A stretch of DNA of 64,000 bases from Candidatus Poribacteria bacterium (lineage in GTDB: Bacteria > Poribacteria > WGA-4E > WGA-3G), in the NCBI GenBank assembly GCA_965205025.1, contig CBDBFU010000014.1:288001-352000 (forward strand), written 5' to 3'. Numbering within the stretch: position 1 is the first letter of the stretch; each line of letters opens with the position of its first letter. Shown here in pieces: positions 53,676 through 64,000 of this stretch. The position numbers and the translations under genes are program-made. The notes beneath the pieces are model-generated. The model was not told the DNA's origin, searched no databases, and worked only from the letters and a program-made list of their open reading frames with translations.

Positions 53676-53890
53676 CAATATAATCATGCATACGATATTT
53701 CTTACAAATCGTGTGCAAGTGTAATCTGGATCTAATCGGAATATAATCATACTCCATAAGGTGCAATTAATACTATTTGTAACACTCTTTTCACTTGTCT
53801 ATTTCAACTGAAAGTGATAAGATAATTATATACTGATGATTTACGACTGGGTAAGATTTACCCAGTAGATTCTTAAAGGAGAATACGTAA

Positions 53891-54697
53891 ATGCGGCACG
53901 AACTTACTGCCGAACAAATCGAATTCTATAGAGAGAATGGATTTCTGGTAATTGAGAATTTTCTGGACGAAATTGAATTAGCTGAGTGGCGAAGGTGTAC
54001 CGATGAAGCAGTAACAGAACGACTTGGAAACTCAGTTGAAAATATGACAAACCAACTGGATCCAAAGAATTTTTATGCACGTGTTTTTACACAATGTTTA
54101 AGACTTTCAGATTCACACACTGGAATGCGAAAGTTGGTACATGATCCAAAAATTGGTCGCATGGCAACACAATTAGCAGGTGTTGACGGTATGCGAATAT
54201 GGCACGATCAAGCATTAATTAAACCCCCCAACGGCAATCCTACAGCATGGCATCTTGATGTACCCTATTGGTCATTTGATTCACAGCACGCAGTTTCATT
54301 CTGGGTTGCATTAGACGATGCAACTCTTGAGAATGGTTGTATGTGGTATTTACCAGGGACACAAAAGACTGCTCGTTTTGACAATGTTGGAATTGGAGAG
54401 AATATTGGTGCTTTGTTTGATGTCTATCCTGAATGGAAAAAGCTTACACCCCAATCAGCACCATGTCCTGCAGGATCAATGGCATGGCATAATGGGTTAG
54501 TTGCACATGGGGCAGGTGCTAATATGACTTTCTCTCACCGTAGAGCCATGACTTGCGGCTTTATGCCAGATGGATGTACTTTTAATGGAAAGAAGAATAT
54601 CCTGCCAGAACCCTATTTCAGTTCACTTACAATTGGTGATGTTCTGGACAACAATGAGCAGAATACTCTTGTTTGGCATAAAGATTGGGAAAAGTAA
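53891..54697 (+). CDS. Phytanoyl-CoA dioxygenase (PhyH) family Fe(II)/2OG dioxygenase
   Basis: WHLD (HxD), WVALDDATLENGCM, HNGLVAHGAGAN, RRA. Confidence 0.92.
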   Translation: MRHELTAEQIEFYRENGFLVIENFLDEIELAEWRRCTDEAVTERLGNSVENMTNQLDPKNFYARVFTQCLRLSDSHTGMRKLVHDPKIGRMATQLAGVDGMRIWHDQALIKPPNGNPTAWHLDVPYWSFDSQHAVSFWVALDDATLENGCMWYLPGTQKTARFDNVGIGENIGALFDVYPEWKKLTPQSAPCPAGSMAWHNGLVAHGAGANMTFSHRRAMTCGFMPDGCTFNGKKNILPEPYFSSLTIGDVLDNNEQNTLVWHKDWEK

Positions 54698-54751
54698 TTC
54701 GTTATCAATACTGTAAAGATGAAGTAATTGGATAGAAAAGGAGAGATAAGT

Positions 54752-56149
54752 ATGGCAAAAAAGCCAAATATCGTATTGATGGGTGTTGATTCACTTCTGG
54801 CAACCCATATGAGTTGTTATGGATACCATAGACATACCACTCCTCATATTGATCGATTTGCACAAGATGGAACACTCTTTGAAAAAACATATAGTGCACA
54901 TATACCAACCACAAGTGCGTATGCATCTATGCTTACAGGAATGGACACTTTTAGCACACAGGTTGTCGCACTAAGACATAAAGGACCTCTCAGAGAGGAA
55001 ATTAAAACACTACCTGAAATCCTTCGAGAGGAAGGATATGATACAACTTGTGTAGGTTTTGGAAATCCAAGTGGACGCGGATTCGATACATATCTTGAAT
55101 TTTCTGGATGGGGACCAGACGAAAGTGGACGGAGTCCAAAAGCAGAAAACCTTAATAAGACTACACTTCCTGAGCTTGATCGATTAATTAAACAGAGTGA
55201 TGACAAACCTTTTTTCCTATTTCTACGTCATATGGACCCACATTCACCCTATTTACCACCAGCACCTTATGAACGAATGTTCTATCACGGGGATGAATGT
55301 GACCCCAGTAATACATCTATGGAACCTGTGATGTCATTTAAACCTTTCTGCGACTACTTTGCATCTTGGATGCCTGTAGGAATCACTGATAAAGATTATG
55401 TCATCGCACAATATGATGGTGCTATTGCTTATATGGATGCTTGTATACAAACACTCTTTAACGCTCTTGAAACCCATGGGGTTATGGATGAAACCATCGT
55501 TGTTATAAATGGTGATCATGGTGAAACACTCTATGATCACGAATGTTGGTTTGACCATCATGGACTATATGATGTAACTCTTCACGTCCCTTTGATAATT
55601 AGATATCCAGGACGAATTCCTGCTGGAAAACGGGTCTCAGGTTATAATCAGCATAAAGATCTTGTTCCAACACTTCTTGAGTTAGCTGATATTGAAACAG
55701 ATATAGATTTCGATGGAGATAGTCTCTTGCAATTAATAAATGGAGAAATTACATCATACGAGAGTGAATTCTACATTACTGAATGTACTTGGATGCGAAA
55801 GCACGGATGGCGTACACCCGAATGGAAGTTAATAGTTGCACTTGAACCAGATTTTCACTACAAACCTCCCGTTGAATTATATAATCTAATTCAAGATCCA
55901 GATGAAAATGAAAATCTGGCAGATTCACATCCAGATATCGTCAATGTACTTGAAACCAGAATGCACAGATGGATTGAGAAAAGGAAAGAAGAAACAGGTC
56001 TACCAAACCCAATTATGAACCAAGGTGATTGGCACGGACATAATGGGATAGGTCCCTTTAAGAGTTCTGATCAAGCATACAATACAATGCATATTGGTAA
56101 TCCTGGAGAAGCAGCACGGCTTCAAGCTAAACCTAAGGACGAAGAATAA
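54752..56149 (+). CDS. Sulfatase-like alkaline-phosphatase-superfamily hydrolase lacking the CxPxR motif
   Basis: KPNIVLMGVDSL, PTTSAYASMLTG, DPHSPY, GDHGE, DHHGLY. Confidence 0.85.
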   Translation: MAKKPNIVLMGVDSLLATHMSCYGYHRHTTPHIDRFAQDGTLFEKTYSAHIPTTSAYASMLTGMDTFSTQVVALRHKGPLREEIKTLPEILREEGYDTTCVGFGNPSGRGFDTYLEFSGWGPDESGRSPKAENLNKTTLPELDRLIKQSDDKPFFLFLRHMDPHSPYLPPAPYERMFYHGDECDPSNTSMEPVMSFKPFCDYFASWMPVGITDKDYVIAQYDGAIAYMDACIQTLFNALETHGVMDETIVVINGDHGETLYDHECWFDHHGLYDVTLHVPLIIRYPGRIPAGKRVSGYNQHKDLVPTLLELADIETDIDFDGDSLLQLINGEITSYESEFYITECTWMRKHGWRTPEWKLIVALEPDFHYKPPVELYNLIQDPDENENLADSHPDIVNVLETRMHRWIEKRKEETGLPNPIMNQGDWHGHNGIGPFKSSDQAYNTMHIGNPGEAARLQAKPKDEE

Positions 56150-56207
56150 TTCACTTTGAATTACAATCAAACTTATTCATATCCCATTTTATGAAAGGAC
56201 AATTTTG

Positions 56208-57029
56208 ATGCCAGATTATACAAGGACTGAGGTGTTGGCAAGACTACGGACAGAATTAGACTCTGGAAATACCCTACTTGCTGTAGGAGCAGGTACAGGT
56301 ATTACTGCAAAATTCGCTGAAAAAGGTGGGGCAGATCTAATTGTTATATATAATTCTGGACGATACCGTATGTCCGGTTTTGGTTCATGTGCAGGACTCC
56401 TTGCTTATGGGGATGCAAATGCTATTGTGATGCAGATGGGTGAGCGAGAGGTATTACCTGTTGTGAACGAAACACCTGTAATCGCTGGTGTAAATGGAAC
56501 AGACCCAACTCGTCGTATGAGCAACTTTTTGAAACAGGTTAGAGATGTAGGATTTGACGGTGTAAATAACTTCCCTACAGTTGGTGTGATTGACGGTACA
56601 TTTCGAATCACTCTTGAAGAAACTGGTATGGGTTTCTATAAGGAAGTTGAGACAATAGGTATTGCTCATGATATGGATTTATTCACCATAGTTTATGTCT
56701 TTAATCCTGAAGAATCAGAGAATATGGCAAAAGTCGGCGCGGATGTTATAATCGCACATATGGGAACAACAATCGGTGGAACAATTGGAGCAGAAACCGC
56801 ATTTACTCTCGAAGATGCAGCAGTGAAAGTTCAGGAAATCTGTGATGCAGCACAATCACAGAATCCAGATGTAATCTGTCTGGCACATGGAGGACCAATC
56901 TCAAAAGCCCCAGAAGCAAAGTATATCAATGATAATACTGATACTGTGGGTTTTGTAGGTGCATCCAGCATTGAACGGTTCGCTTGTGAAGAGAGTATAC
57001 CGCGGGTAACGGCTTCATTTAAGGAATAA
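56208..57029 (+). CDS. Phosphoenolpyruvate hydrolase-family TIM-barrel protein
   Basis: GAGTGITAK, YNSGRYRM, YGDAN, NFPTVG, HGGPI, GASSIER. Confidence 0.88.
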   Translation: MPDYTRTEVLARLRTELDSGNTLLAVGAGTGITAKFAEKGGADLIVIYNSGRYRMSGFGSCAGLLAYGDANAIVMQMGEREVLPVVNETPVIAGVNGTDPTRRMSNFLKQVRDVGFDGVNNFPTVGVIDGTFRITLEETGMGFYKEVETIGIAHDMDLFTIVYVFNPEESENMAKVGADVIIAHMGTTIGGTIGAETAFTLEDAAVKVQEICDAAQSQNPDVICLAHGGPISKAPEAKYINDNTDTVGFVGASSIERFACEESIPRVTASFKE

Positions 57030-57100
57030 ATTAGAAAAGGATTTAGGCAAATTGAACAGAGAAAGTATCTATTTTACTGAAAAGTTGTTATTTCATTTTA

Positions 57101-57155
57101 TTTAACCCGCTAAATCCCTTATCAGGTGAACTTTAAGGGGAAATGCGTAAGTCCT
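57101..57155 (-). mobile_element. Degenerate inverted left end of the IS701-derived MITE
   Basis: ...CTTTAAGGGGAAATGCGTAAGTCCTA is the reverse complement of the MITE left end. Confidence 0.55.
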
Positions 57156-57646
57156 ATTAGCATTAAATCTCTTAAACAAGTGTCGTTATTAAATTAAGCA
57201 CATTGTGCGTCGATGACGGGCGGGAAACCCTTGAAGAAACACACAACAAAAAACCCTTATGGGTTCAGTGCCTGCTGGAAAATCGGAAAATTGATAAGTT
57301 ATTTTTAATATTGCTTAGACTATCTATGCTATAGTTTGGAAATTTCTTTAGAGTCCGTGTGTGAAAATAGATGTAGGTGTTTTGCTTGGGTGTTTCTCTC
57401 AGGTTGAGAAGTAAAAGTTCAGTTTTCTCTCATTTCTACGGAAAATACGGTCCGTTGATGTTTTGTTCCGGCAACCCAGCGATTGCGAACCTCGACAAGC
57501 AGGCGGCTCTATAAACAAAAGAACGTTGCGTTTCACTCGCAATTTGGGGATTGACAGGTTTCGATGAACTGTGAAATTGATTTTCTCCCTTCACTTGTTT
57601 TGTAGCATTCTTTCAACCCAATCTACAAGTTATATGCGATACCTTC

Positions 57647-57732
57647 TACTGCCATAGGAGATTCCATTCAAGTAGTTGGATATTTTAGCACAATCTTGGT
57701 TTAGAGAGTGGTTTAAATTTCCGATGGCAGTA
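57647..57732. mobile_element. Small MITE-like element upstream of the R-M locus
   Basis: TIRs TACTGCCATAGGAGATT / AATTTCCGATGGCAGTA. Confidence 0.5.
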
Positions 57733-57785
57733 CAACTCTTAACTTTTTGATTATAAAGAAAAGGTTGAAAAGAAAAGGGAAAACT

Positions 57786-58566
57786 ATGAATCGTTGGACG
57801 CAGCTAAGCATTGAGTTTGCCAATCAGAGAAACTATCTTGATGAATTGTTTAGCGTTTATCCAACAATTCCCGAAGGAATTCGAGATATTGATGAAGATT
57901 TATGGGAACAAGTAGAGCAGTCATTTCAGGAAAAAGACAATACCGCGCTGTTAAAGGCATTGCTCAAATTAGACTTGTTCCCAATAAAAGATTCCTATGT
58001 TGCGTATCTGAAAAAGGACGAGAGTGCAATAAGGAAAAACCCAAATACAGTTGATAGATTATGTGGTAGACTTTATGAAATGGGATTAAAGAAAATTTAC
58101 GAACGTTCCTCTGAACCGAAAGAAAACAAATAGGCAAATTGGTCCCTTATTTAGACGCTGGTTAAACAAAGGGGTATTGGGTGTTCAACCCATTTCTCTT
58201 GAAGATTTTCTTGCGTCAGACGATAATGCTGTCTTGGATGCAAGCGACGCTCAAATGATGGAATTTGCTAGAGAACAATTGAACTACACGCGTAACAAAG
58301 GATTAGATTTTCTCGCAAGATTTAACGGTAAATATGTAATCGGCGAAGCCAAATTTTTAACCGACATCGGAGGGCATCAAAACGCGCAATTTAATGATGC
58401 GATAGGTGTTGTCGAAACGGAAGTCAACGCTGTTTCAGTTGCCATTTTAGATGGAGTTCTCTATATCAGAGGTCGTTCAAAAATGTATCGTGCGATTACC
58501 CAAGAATTAACCCAGTATAACATCATGAGTGCATTGGTTTTAAGAGAGTTTTTATTTCAACTCTAA
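57786..58566 (+). pseudogene. Type II restriction endonuclease (Tsp45I-like), frameshifted
   Basis: Deleting one A at 58123-58126 joins the ORFs (SSEPKETNRQIGPLFRRW), 259 aa; PD-(D/E)xK core GLDF...GEAK; family assignment from recall. Confidence 0.75.
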
Positions 58567-58577
58567 AGGGTTATCAA

Positions 58578-59597
58578 ATGCAGAATTTGATTATAGAAGG
58601 CGACAACATCAAAGGACTTGAATATCTTCTGAATGAAAGAGATCTAAAGGAAAGGATTGATTTGGTCTATATAGATCCTCCCTTTGCCACCAATAGTCAT
58701 TTTACAATTACAGATGAAAGAGCATCTACGATAAGCAGTTCCCGAAAAGGTGATGTTGCTTATTCAGACAGATTGACCGGAAAACAATTTATTGAGTTTT
58801 TAAGAGATAGATTACTGTTGCTCAAAGAACTGCTGTCAGATGAAGGTTCTATTTATTTGCATATTGACTACAAAGTTGGGCATTATGTAAAGGTTATGAT
58901 GGATGAAGTATTTGGAATGAATAATTTCAGAAATGACATCACCAGGATAAAGTGTAACCCCAAAAATTTCAAGCGAACAGGATACGGAAATATAAAAGAC
59001 TTGATCTTATTCTATTCTAAATCTTCAAAACCTATATGGAATGAACCGAAAGAGCCGTATACGCCAGAAGATTTAGAGCGATTATTTCCTAAAGTCAAAA
59101 AAGGAAGAAGGTATACTACAGTGCCGATTCATGCGCCGGGAGAAACTGAAAATGGTGAAACAAGCAAAACATTCAAAGGATTATCTCCTCCGAAGGGACG
59201 GCATTGGCGAACAGATGTACAGACTTTAGAAAAATGGGATGAGGCGGGTCTGATAGAGTGGTCATCAAGGGGAAACCCTAGAAAAATAATCTTTGCGGAT
59301 GAACAGATAGGTAAAAGGGTTCAAGATATTTGGGAGTATAAAGACCCGCAATCCCCAACATATCCAACGGAAAAAAATCCAGACCTGTTAGACAGAATTA
59401 TTAGAACTTCCTCTAATCCTGAAAGTGTGGTTTTGGATTGTTTTTGTGGTTCAGGAACAACTCTGAAATCTGCACATCTGTTAAATAGAAGGTGGATAGG
59501 CATAGACCAATCAGAACAGGCTATAAAAACAACAATTGATAAATTGAGTGCAGTTGACTGCCTACTCACTAAATATGAGTTCATATCTTTGCTTTGA
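58578..59597 (+). CDS. Beta-class amino (N6A/N4C) DNA methyltransferase
   Basis: Motif IV YIDPPF precedes motif I LDCFCGSGTT; adjacent to the REase. Confidence 0.92.
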   Translation: MQNLIIEGDNIKGLEYLLNERDLKERIDLVYIDPPFATNSHFTITDERASTISSSRKGDVAYSDRLTGKQFIEFLRDRLLLLKELLSDEGSIYLHIDYKVGHYVKVMMDEVFGMNNFRNDITRIKCNPKNFKRTGYGNIKDLILFYSKSSKPIWNEPKEPYTPEDLERLFPKVKKGRRYTTVPIHAPGETENGETSKTFKGLSPPKGRHWRTDVQTLEKWDEAGLIEWSSRGNPRKIIFADEQIGKRVQDIWEYKDPQSPTYPTEKNPDLLDRIIRTSSNPESVVLDCFCGSGTTLKSAHLLNRRWIGIDQSEQAIKTTIDKLSAVDCLLTKYEFISLL

Positions 59598-59696
59598 TGT
59601 GGTTGAATGAATAAGGAGGGCAAGTGTGTCCTACCATCAGAAATTCCTGCCCTGTCTAAACCAAGATTGTAATAAAATAGACATTATAATAGTTTA

Positions 59697-59829
59697 TAGG
59701 ACACACGAATTCCCTCTTAAAGTACCCCTGATACGGGGATTTAGAGGGTAAAAAAAAACGAAATACTCTCCCAGCAAGACTCTTTTGCGTAAAATATGAT
59801 CCGTTTCTGCTCAATTTGCGTAGGTCATG
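59697..59829 (+). mobile_element. Degenerate copy of the IS701-derived MITE
   Basis: TAGGACACACGAATTCCCTCTTAAAGTACCCCTGATACGGGGATTTAGAGGG...TGCGTAGGTCATG. Confidence 0.6.
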
Positions 59830-59937
59830 GTTAAGTGACATAACGCGTACTTAAATCGTTATAATGTCTAATGACAATCTAAATGATTTGCAGCAAAATC
59901 TCATCAAAAAGACGACGATTAAATAGTGGAGAAATTA

Positions 59938-62334
59938 ATGTCAAATACGGTTAAAGAAATAGAGATCCTCAAGGCATCTGATGATGAACTCATACGTATC
60001 AGCCGAGAAGGCACATTGTCCTTAAACCTAAAAGAGATGCAGACCATTCAAGCACATTTTAGGTCATTACAACGTAATCCTACAGATGTAGAACTTGAGA
60101 CAATAGCACAGACTTGGTCAGAACATTGTGTTCATAAGACCTTTAAATGTATCATTGAATACTCCGAACCAGAGAAAAATACTGAACGTATTGAAGGACT
60201 ATTCCCAACCTACATACAACGTGCAACAGAAAAAATAAATAAACCGTGGTGTGTATCTGTCTTTTCAGATAATGCTGGGATAATAGAATTCGATGAAGAA
60301 AATAACCTGGTGTTTAAAGTAGAAACTCACAACCATCCATCTGCAATTGAACCTTATGGGGGAGCAGGTACAGGTATTGGAGGAGTCATAAGGGATTCAT
60401 TAGGAACTGGACTTGGTGCAAAACCTATATTAAATACAGATGTCTTCTGTTTTGGCTTACCCGATATGGCGTATGAAGATTTACCAAAAGGCACATTACA
60501 TCCGAAACGAGTATTTAAAGGAGTTGTTTCTGGTGTACGAGATTATGGAAATCGTATGGGGATACCAACTGCCAATGGAGCAATACTGTTTGATTCAAGA
60601 TATACGGCTAACCCACTTGTTTTCTGTGGAAATGTAGGATTAATTCCCAGAGATAGATGTGATAAATCGGTTGAACCTGGGGACCTCATAGTTGCTATTG
60701 GGGGACGGACAGGACGTGATGGAATCCATGGTGCTACATTCTCATCGGCTGAATTAGATGATACATCCGAAAACCTTGGAAGTGTTGTACAAATTGGCAA
60801 CCCCATTATGGAAAAGAAGATTGTTGATGCATTATTACAAGCACGTGACCAAAATCTATATCGATCAATCACCGATTGTGGAGCAGGTGGGTTTTCTTCG
60901 GCAGTAGGTGAGATGGGGGAGGACACCGGTGCGGAGGTACATTTAGAGAATATACCCTTAAAATATGATGGATTAGCTCCATGGGAGATCTGGTTATCGG
61001 AAGCACAGGAACGAATGGTAATAGCTGTACCACCTGAAAATCTTGATGAACTTATGAAGATATGTGACTCAGAGATGGTTGAAGCAACCGTACTCGGCAA
61101 CTTTACAGATTCACACAGATTACAGGTTTTTTATCAAGACAATATAGTTGGGGACTTAGATATGGGTTTTCTACATAAAGGTCTACCCCAAATTGTCAAG
61201 CAGGCTGTATGGCAACCACCACAACACACTGAGATGCCATCACGTGATAACGATACCGATCATTATTCCGATGACCTATTACATCTTCTTGCCAGTCCAA
61301 ATATTGCCAGTAAAGAATCTGTGATCCGTCAGTATGACCATGAAGTACAAGGTGGGGTTGTCATCAAACCACTTGTTGGAATAGAAAATGATGGGCCAAG
61401 TGATGCCTGTGTTGTTACACCAGTCATAGGAAAACCTACAGCTGTCATTGTTGCAAATGGTATTAATCCGAGATATAGTGATGTTGATCCATACCATAGT
61501 GCCGCAGGGGCAATAGATGAAACCTTACGGAATATAATTGCAGTTGGAGGATCACTTGAGAAAACTGCTTTATTGGACAATTTCTGTTGGGGAAATCCAG
61601 ATAAACCGGATAGACTTGGTGAATTAGTTAGAGCAGCAAAAGCATGTTATGACATTGCTACTGCCTATGAAACACCTTTTATTTCTGGTAAAGACAGTCT
61701 ATATAACGAATATAGGGACACAACGACTGGTGAACAAAGGGCAATTCCTGCTACTCTCTTAATATCGGGGATCTGTGTAATACCTGATGTAAATTGTGCC
61801 ATTACTATGGATGTAAAATCTGCCGCGAATCTCATATATGTTGTAGGTAACACATATTCTGAATTAGGTGGTTCACACTACTTCGGAATACATGATTATA
61901 TAGGTAATAGTGCACCTAAAGTTCGTCCTGATGAAGGCAAAAAGGTTATGGGGTCATTGAGTAGAGCGATCCACTTGAGTTTGGTTCGTTCTTGCCATGA
62001 TTGTTCTGAAGGTGGAATAGGCGTCGCAGCTGCTGAAATGTCTTTTTCTGGTGGGTTTGGGATGGAATTAAGTCTTGAACATGTCCCTATTGCTGAAGAT
62101 ATTCCCTATGATGATTTTCGACTATTCTCTGAGTCTAATAGTCGATTCATTGTTGAAGTAGAACCTGGAGATCAAAACGAGTTTGAAAATCAAATGAATG
62201 GTGTATCTATTGGTTATCTCGGAAAGACCATTGAGTCTAACGAGTTTATAATACACGGAATAAAAAGTAATCGTATTGTTGATACTACTATTGAGAAGCT
62301 TAAGTCCGCATGGCAGACACCATTACATTCGTAA
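59938..62334 (+). CDS. purL: Phosphoribosylformylglycinamidine synthase subunit PurL
   Basis: QTWSEHC.HK, KVETHNHPSAIEP, DCGAGG, LSEAQERM, FISGKDS. Confidence 0.96.
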   Translation: MSNTVKEIEILKASDDELIRISREGTLSLNLKEMQTIQAHFRSLQRNPTDVELETIAQTWSEHCVHKTFKCIIEYSEPEKNTERIEGLFPTYIQRATEKINKPWCVSVFSDNAGIIEFDEENNLVFKVETHNHPSAIEPYGGAGTGIGGVIRDSLGTGLGAKPILNTDVFCFGLPDMAYEDLPKGTLHPKRVFKGVVSGVRDYGNRMGIPTANGAILFDSRYTANPLVFCGNVGLIPRDRCDKSVEPGDLIVAIGGRTGRDGIHGATFSSAELDDTSENLGSVVQIGNPIMEKKIVDALLQARDQNLYRSITDCGAGGFSSAVGEMGEDTGAEVHLENIPLKYDGLAPWEIWLSEAQERMVIAVPPENLDELMKICDSEMVEATVLGNFTDSHRLQVFYQDNIVGDLDMGFLHKGLPQIVKQAVWQPPQHTEMPSRDNDTDHYSDDLLHLLASPNIASKESVIRQYDHEVQGGVVIKPLVGIENDGPSDACVVTPVIGKPTAVIVANGINPRYSDVDPYHSAAGAIDETLRNIIAVGGSLEKTALLDNFCWGNPDKPDRLGELVRAAKACYDIATAYETPFISGKDSLYNEYRDTTTGEQRAIPATLLISGICVIPDVNCAITMDVKSAANLIYVVGNTYSELGGSHYFGIHDYIGNSAPKVRPDEGKKVMGSLSRAIHLSLVRSCHDCSEGGIGVAAAEMSFSGGFGMELSLEHVPIAEDIPYDDFRLFSESNSRFIVEVEPGDQNEFENQMNGVSIGYLGKTIESNEFIIHGIKSNRIVDTTIEKLKSAWQTPLHS

Positions 62335-62378
62335 CTATTTAGGTAGAAATGTGTTCTAATAAGTATAGGAGAAAGAGA

Positions 62379-63195
62379 TTGAAACCAAAAGTACTTATTC
62401 TTCGAACAGCAGGAACAAACTGTGATTCTGAAAACAGATGTAGCCTTTAAACTGGCAGGTGGACATACAGATTTAGTCCATATACAGAACCTTATTTCAG
62501 GTAAGGTAAATCTCTCAGACTATCATATTCTTGCAATTCCAGGTGGATTTTCATACGGTGATGACATTGCAGCAGGGATACTACTCGCAATTGAGATGAG
62601 ACATAAACTGAGTGAAGTCTTAGAAGAATTTGTTGCTGAAAATAAACTGATAATTGGAATATGTAACGGATTTCAAGTACTTGTTAGGACAGGATTATTG
62701 CCAGGATTATCAAAAGAAAAGACTACAACAAATACAGATGTCCCACAACGTGCTACATTGGCAATGAATACATCAACAAAATTTGAATGTCGCTGGGTTG
62801 ATCTTAAAACGGAAGAGAGTCAATGTGTCTTCACCAAAGGTATTAAACCAAATCTCTATCTCCCAGTTGCCCATGCCGAAGGACGATTTACTGCCCACCA
62901 AGAGGTATTAGACGAATTAGTTGACAATAAACAAGTTGTATTTCGATATACTAATGGTTCACTCCCTTCGTCAGACAACATTGAGTATCCATATAATCCA
63001 AATGGGTCTGATTTCAATATTGCAGGTATTTGTGATAAAACAGGTAGAATATTCGGTTTGATGCCACATCCAGAGCGATTTCTTACAAAATGGAATCACC
63101 CACGATGGACAAGAGAGGACCTTCCAGAAGAAGGTGATGGTTTGGTATTATTCAAAAACGCAATTGATTATGCAAAAGCGACTTTTTATGAGTGA
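62379..63195 (+). CDS. purQ: PurQ glutaminase subunit with an apparent +1 frameshift at 62431-62434
   Basis: AGGAG RBS and TTG start MKPKVLILRTAGTNCDSE; continues in the other frame with PGGFSYGD, GICNGFQ, AHAEG, MPHPER. Confidence 0.9.
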
Positions 63196-63622
63196 ACAGC
63201 TCAACAGACGATTACTCCCTTTCTATATGAAACTACCTGTCTTTTGGGTATTTATCATTTTGACTTTAGTAGGTCAGGTGTTATGGGTAGCATATATTTC
63301 CAAGGATCCTCAAATAGATTTACGTTGGTCAAGTTTTGGATATGGATTTGGTATTGTACTCGGTTTTATGCAAGGAAAGTGGACATCAAGATTATGGGAT
63401 AGGTCGTATCTACAAGTATTGAGACGTGAGATTATATTCTGGCAAGCAAAAGGTGCAAAAACTCTGACATATTTTACCTGTTTTGCTCTTGGACTACCGG
63501 TAACTGGAATTCTATTGATTAAATCAACTGTACAATTAACAGGTATCCAATCCTATGTTTTTGGGTTTATTGGTGGAATGAATGTAGCACTGATGTTATG
63601 GGTACGTCGGATACCAAAATAA
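63188..63622 (+). CDS. Small membrane protein (4 TM)
   Basis: ATG overlaps the purQ 3' end; four hydrophobic segments. Confidence 0.7.
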   Translation: MSEQLNRRLLPFYMKLPVFWVFIILTLVGQVLWVAYISKDPQIDLRWSSFGYGFGIVLGFMQGKWTSRLWDRSYLQVLRREIIFWQAKGAKTLTYFTCFALGLPVTGILLIKSTVQLTGIQSYVFGFIGGMNVALMLWVRRIPK

Positions 63623-63687
63623 GTATCAACACATCTCACTGTTCTCTAACTAACAATCCATTCCTACCATTACAATACCTTCGCCAA

Positions 63688-64000
63688 TTATCTTGGATTT
63701 AGTTCTGGCTGTGTGGGATGAATAGCACCGATAAAACCGGGATCGCTTTCCCATACAATCAGGAAAAGAAACGATCTAAACCATAAGTCTCTTGTACCGA
63801 TTTTGATATGATGATTTCGTCTGCGGTGATAGTCACTTTCAGGATTAAACAAATAGTTATTGAAAGAGCCAACAATCATATACCAAGACAGAATCGTGTT
63901 ATAGAAACGTTGTATCGCTCGGTAGCTACCTTCTTTTAATGTCCAACGGGAGATATTTAACATTGTACCCCGACCTGTCATCGCAAGCAGGATTAATACA
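63688..64000 (-). pseudogene. Degraded IS4-like DDE transposase fragment
   Basis: LLAMTGRGTMLNISRWT..GSYRAIQRF matches a common transposase N-terminus (recall); the frame decays downstream. Confidence 0.6.

Noticed and set aside
2663-61853. Numerous short antisense or overlapping ORFs in the ORF track
   Set aside because: They are shadows of long, well-supported genes; recurring FPSGL is simply the reverse of SPDGK.
62421-62440. Programmed ribosomal frameshift in purQ
   Set aside because: No canonical slippery heptamer or stimulatory structure, and the same error context occurs in an unrelated gene.

Overview
Low-GC bacterial chromosome segment. Its gene repertoire (secreted WD40, YWTD and LRR proteins with a shared NYPNPFNPETWIP C-terminal domain, an ECF sigma factor with a long membrane-anchored extension, sulfatases, PhyH) is typical of Candidatus Poribacteria; this assignment is inferred, not searched. 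Housekeeping genes (carB, rbsK, birA, trpDC, purL/purQ) flank a ~37 kb minus-strand cluster of 11 secreted proteins that share one C-terminal sorting-type domain. The cluster has (i) a 20 kb operon of eight WD40-dockerin paralogues, apparently built by nested 1-2-4-8 duplication behind a sigma54-type promoter, (ii) a transglutaminase-like/YWTD protein, (iii) an SH3-M23 peptidase carrying both a cohesin and a dockerin, (iv) a ~2014-aa Ig/SH3/CARDB/LRR adhesin split by an IS701-family element with a clean 5-bp TSD, and (v) an upstream ECF sigma factor. Intergenic regions on the right side hold nested MITEs and REPs, including a ~34-bp covarying hairpin element that appears to insert into other repeats. 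A Tsp45I-like R-M pair and purQ each carry a +1 A frameshift in the same GAAAACA context. No rRNA, tRNA, CRISPR array or reverse transcriptase was recognised.
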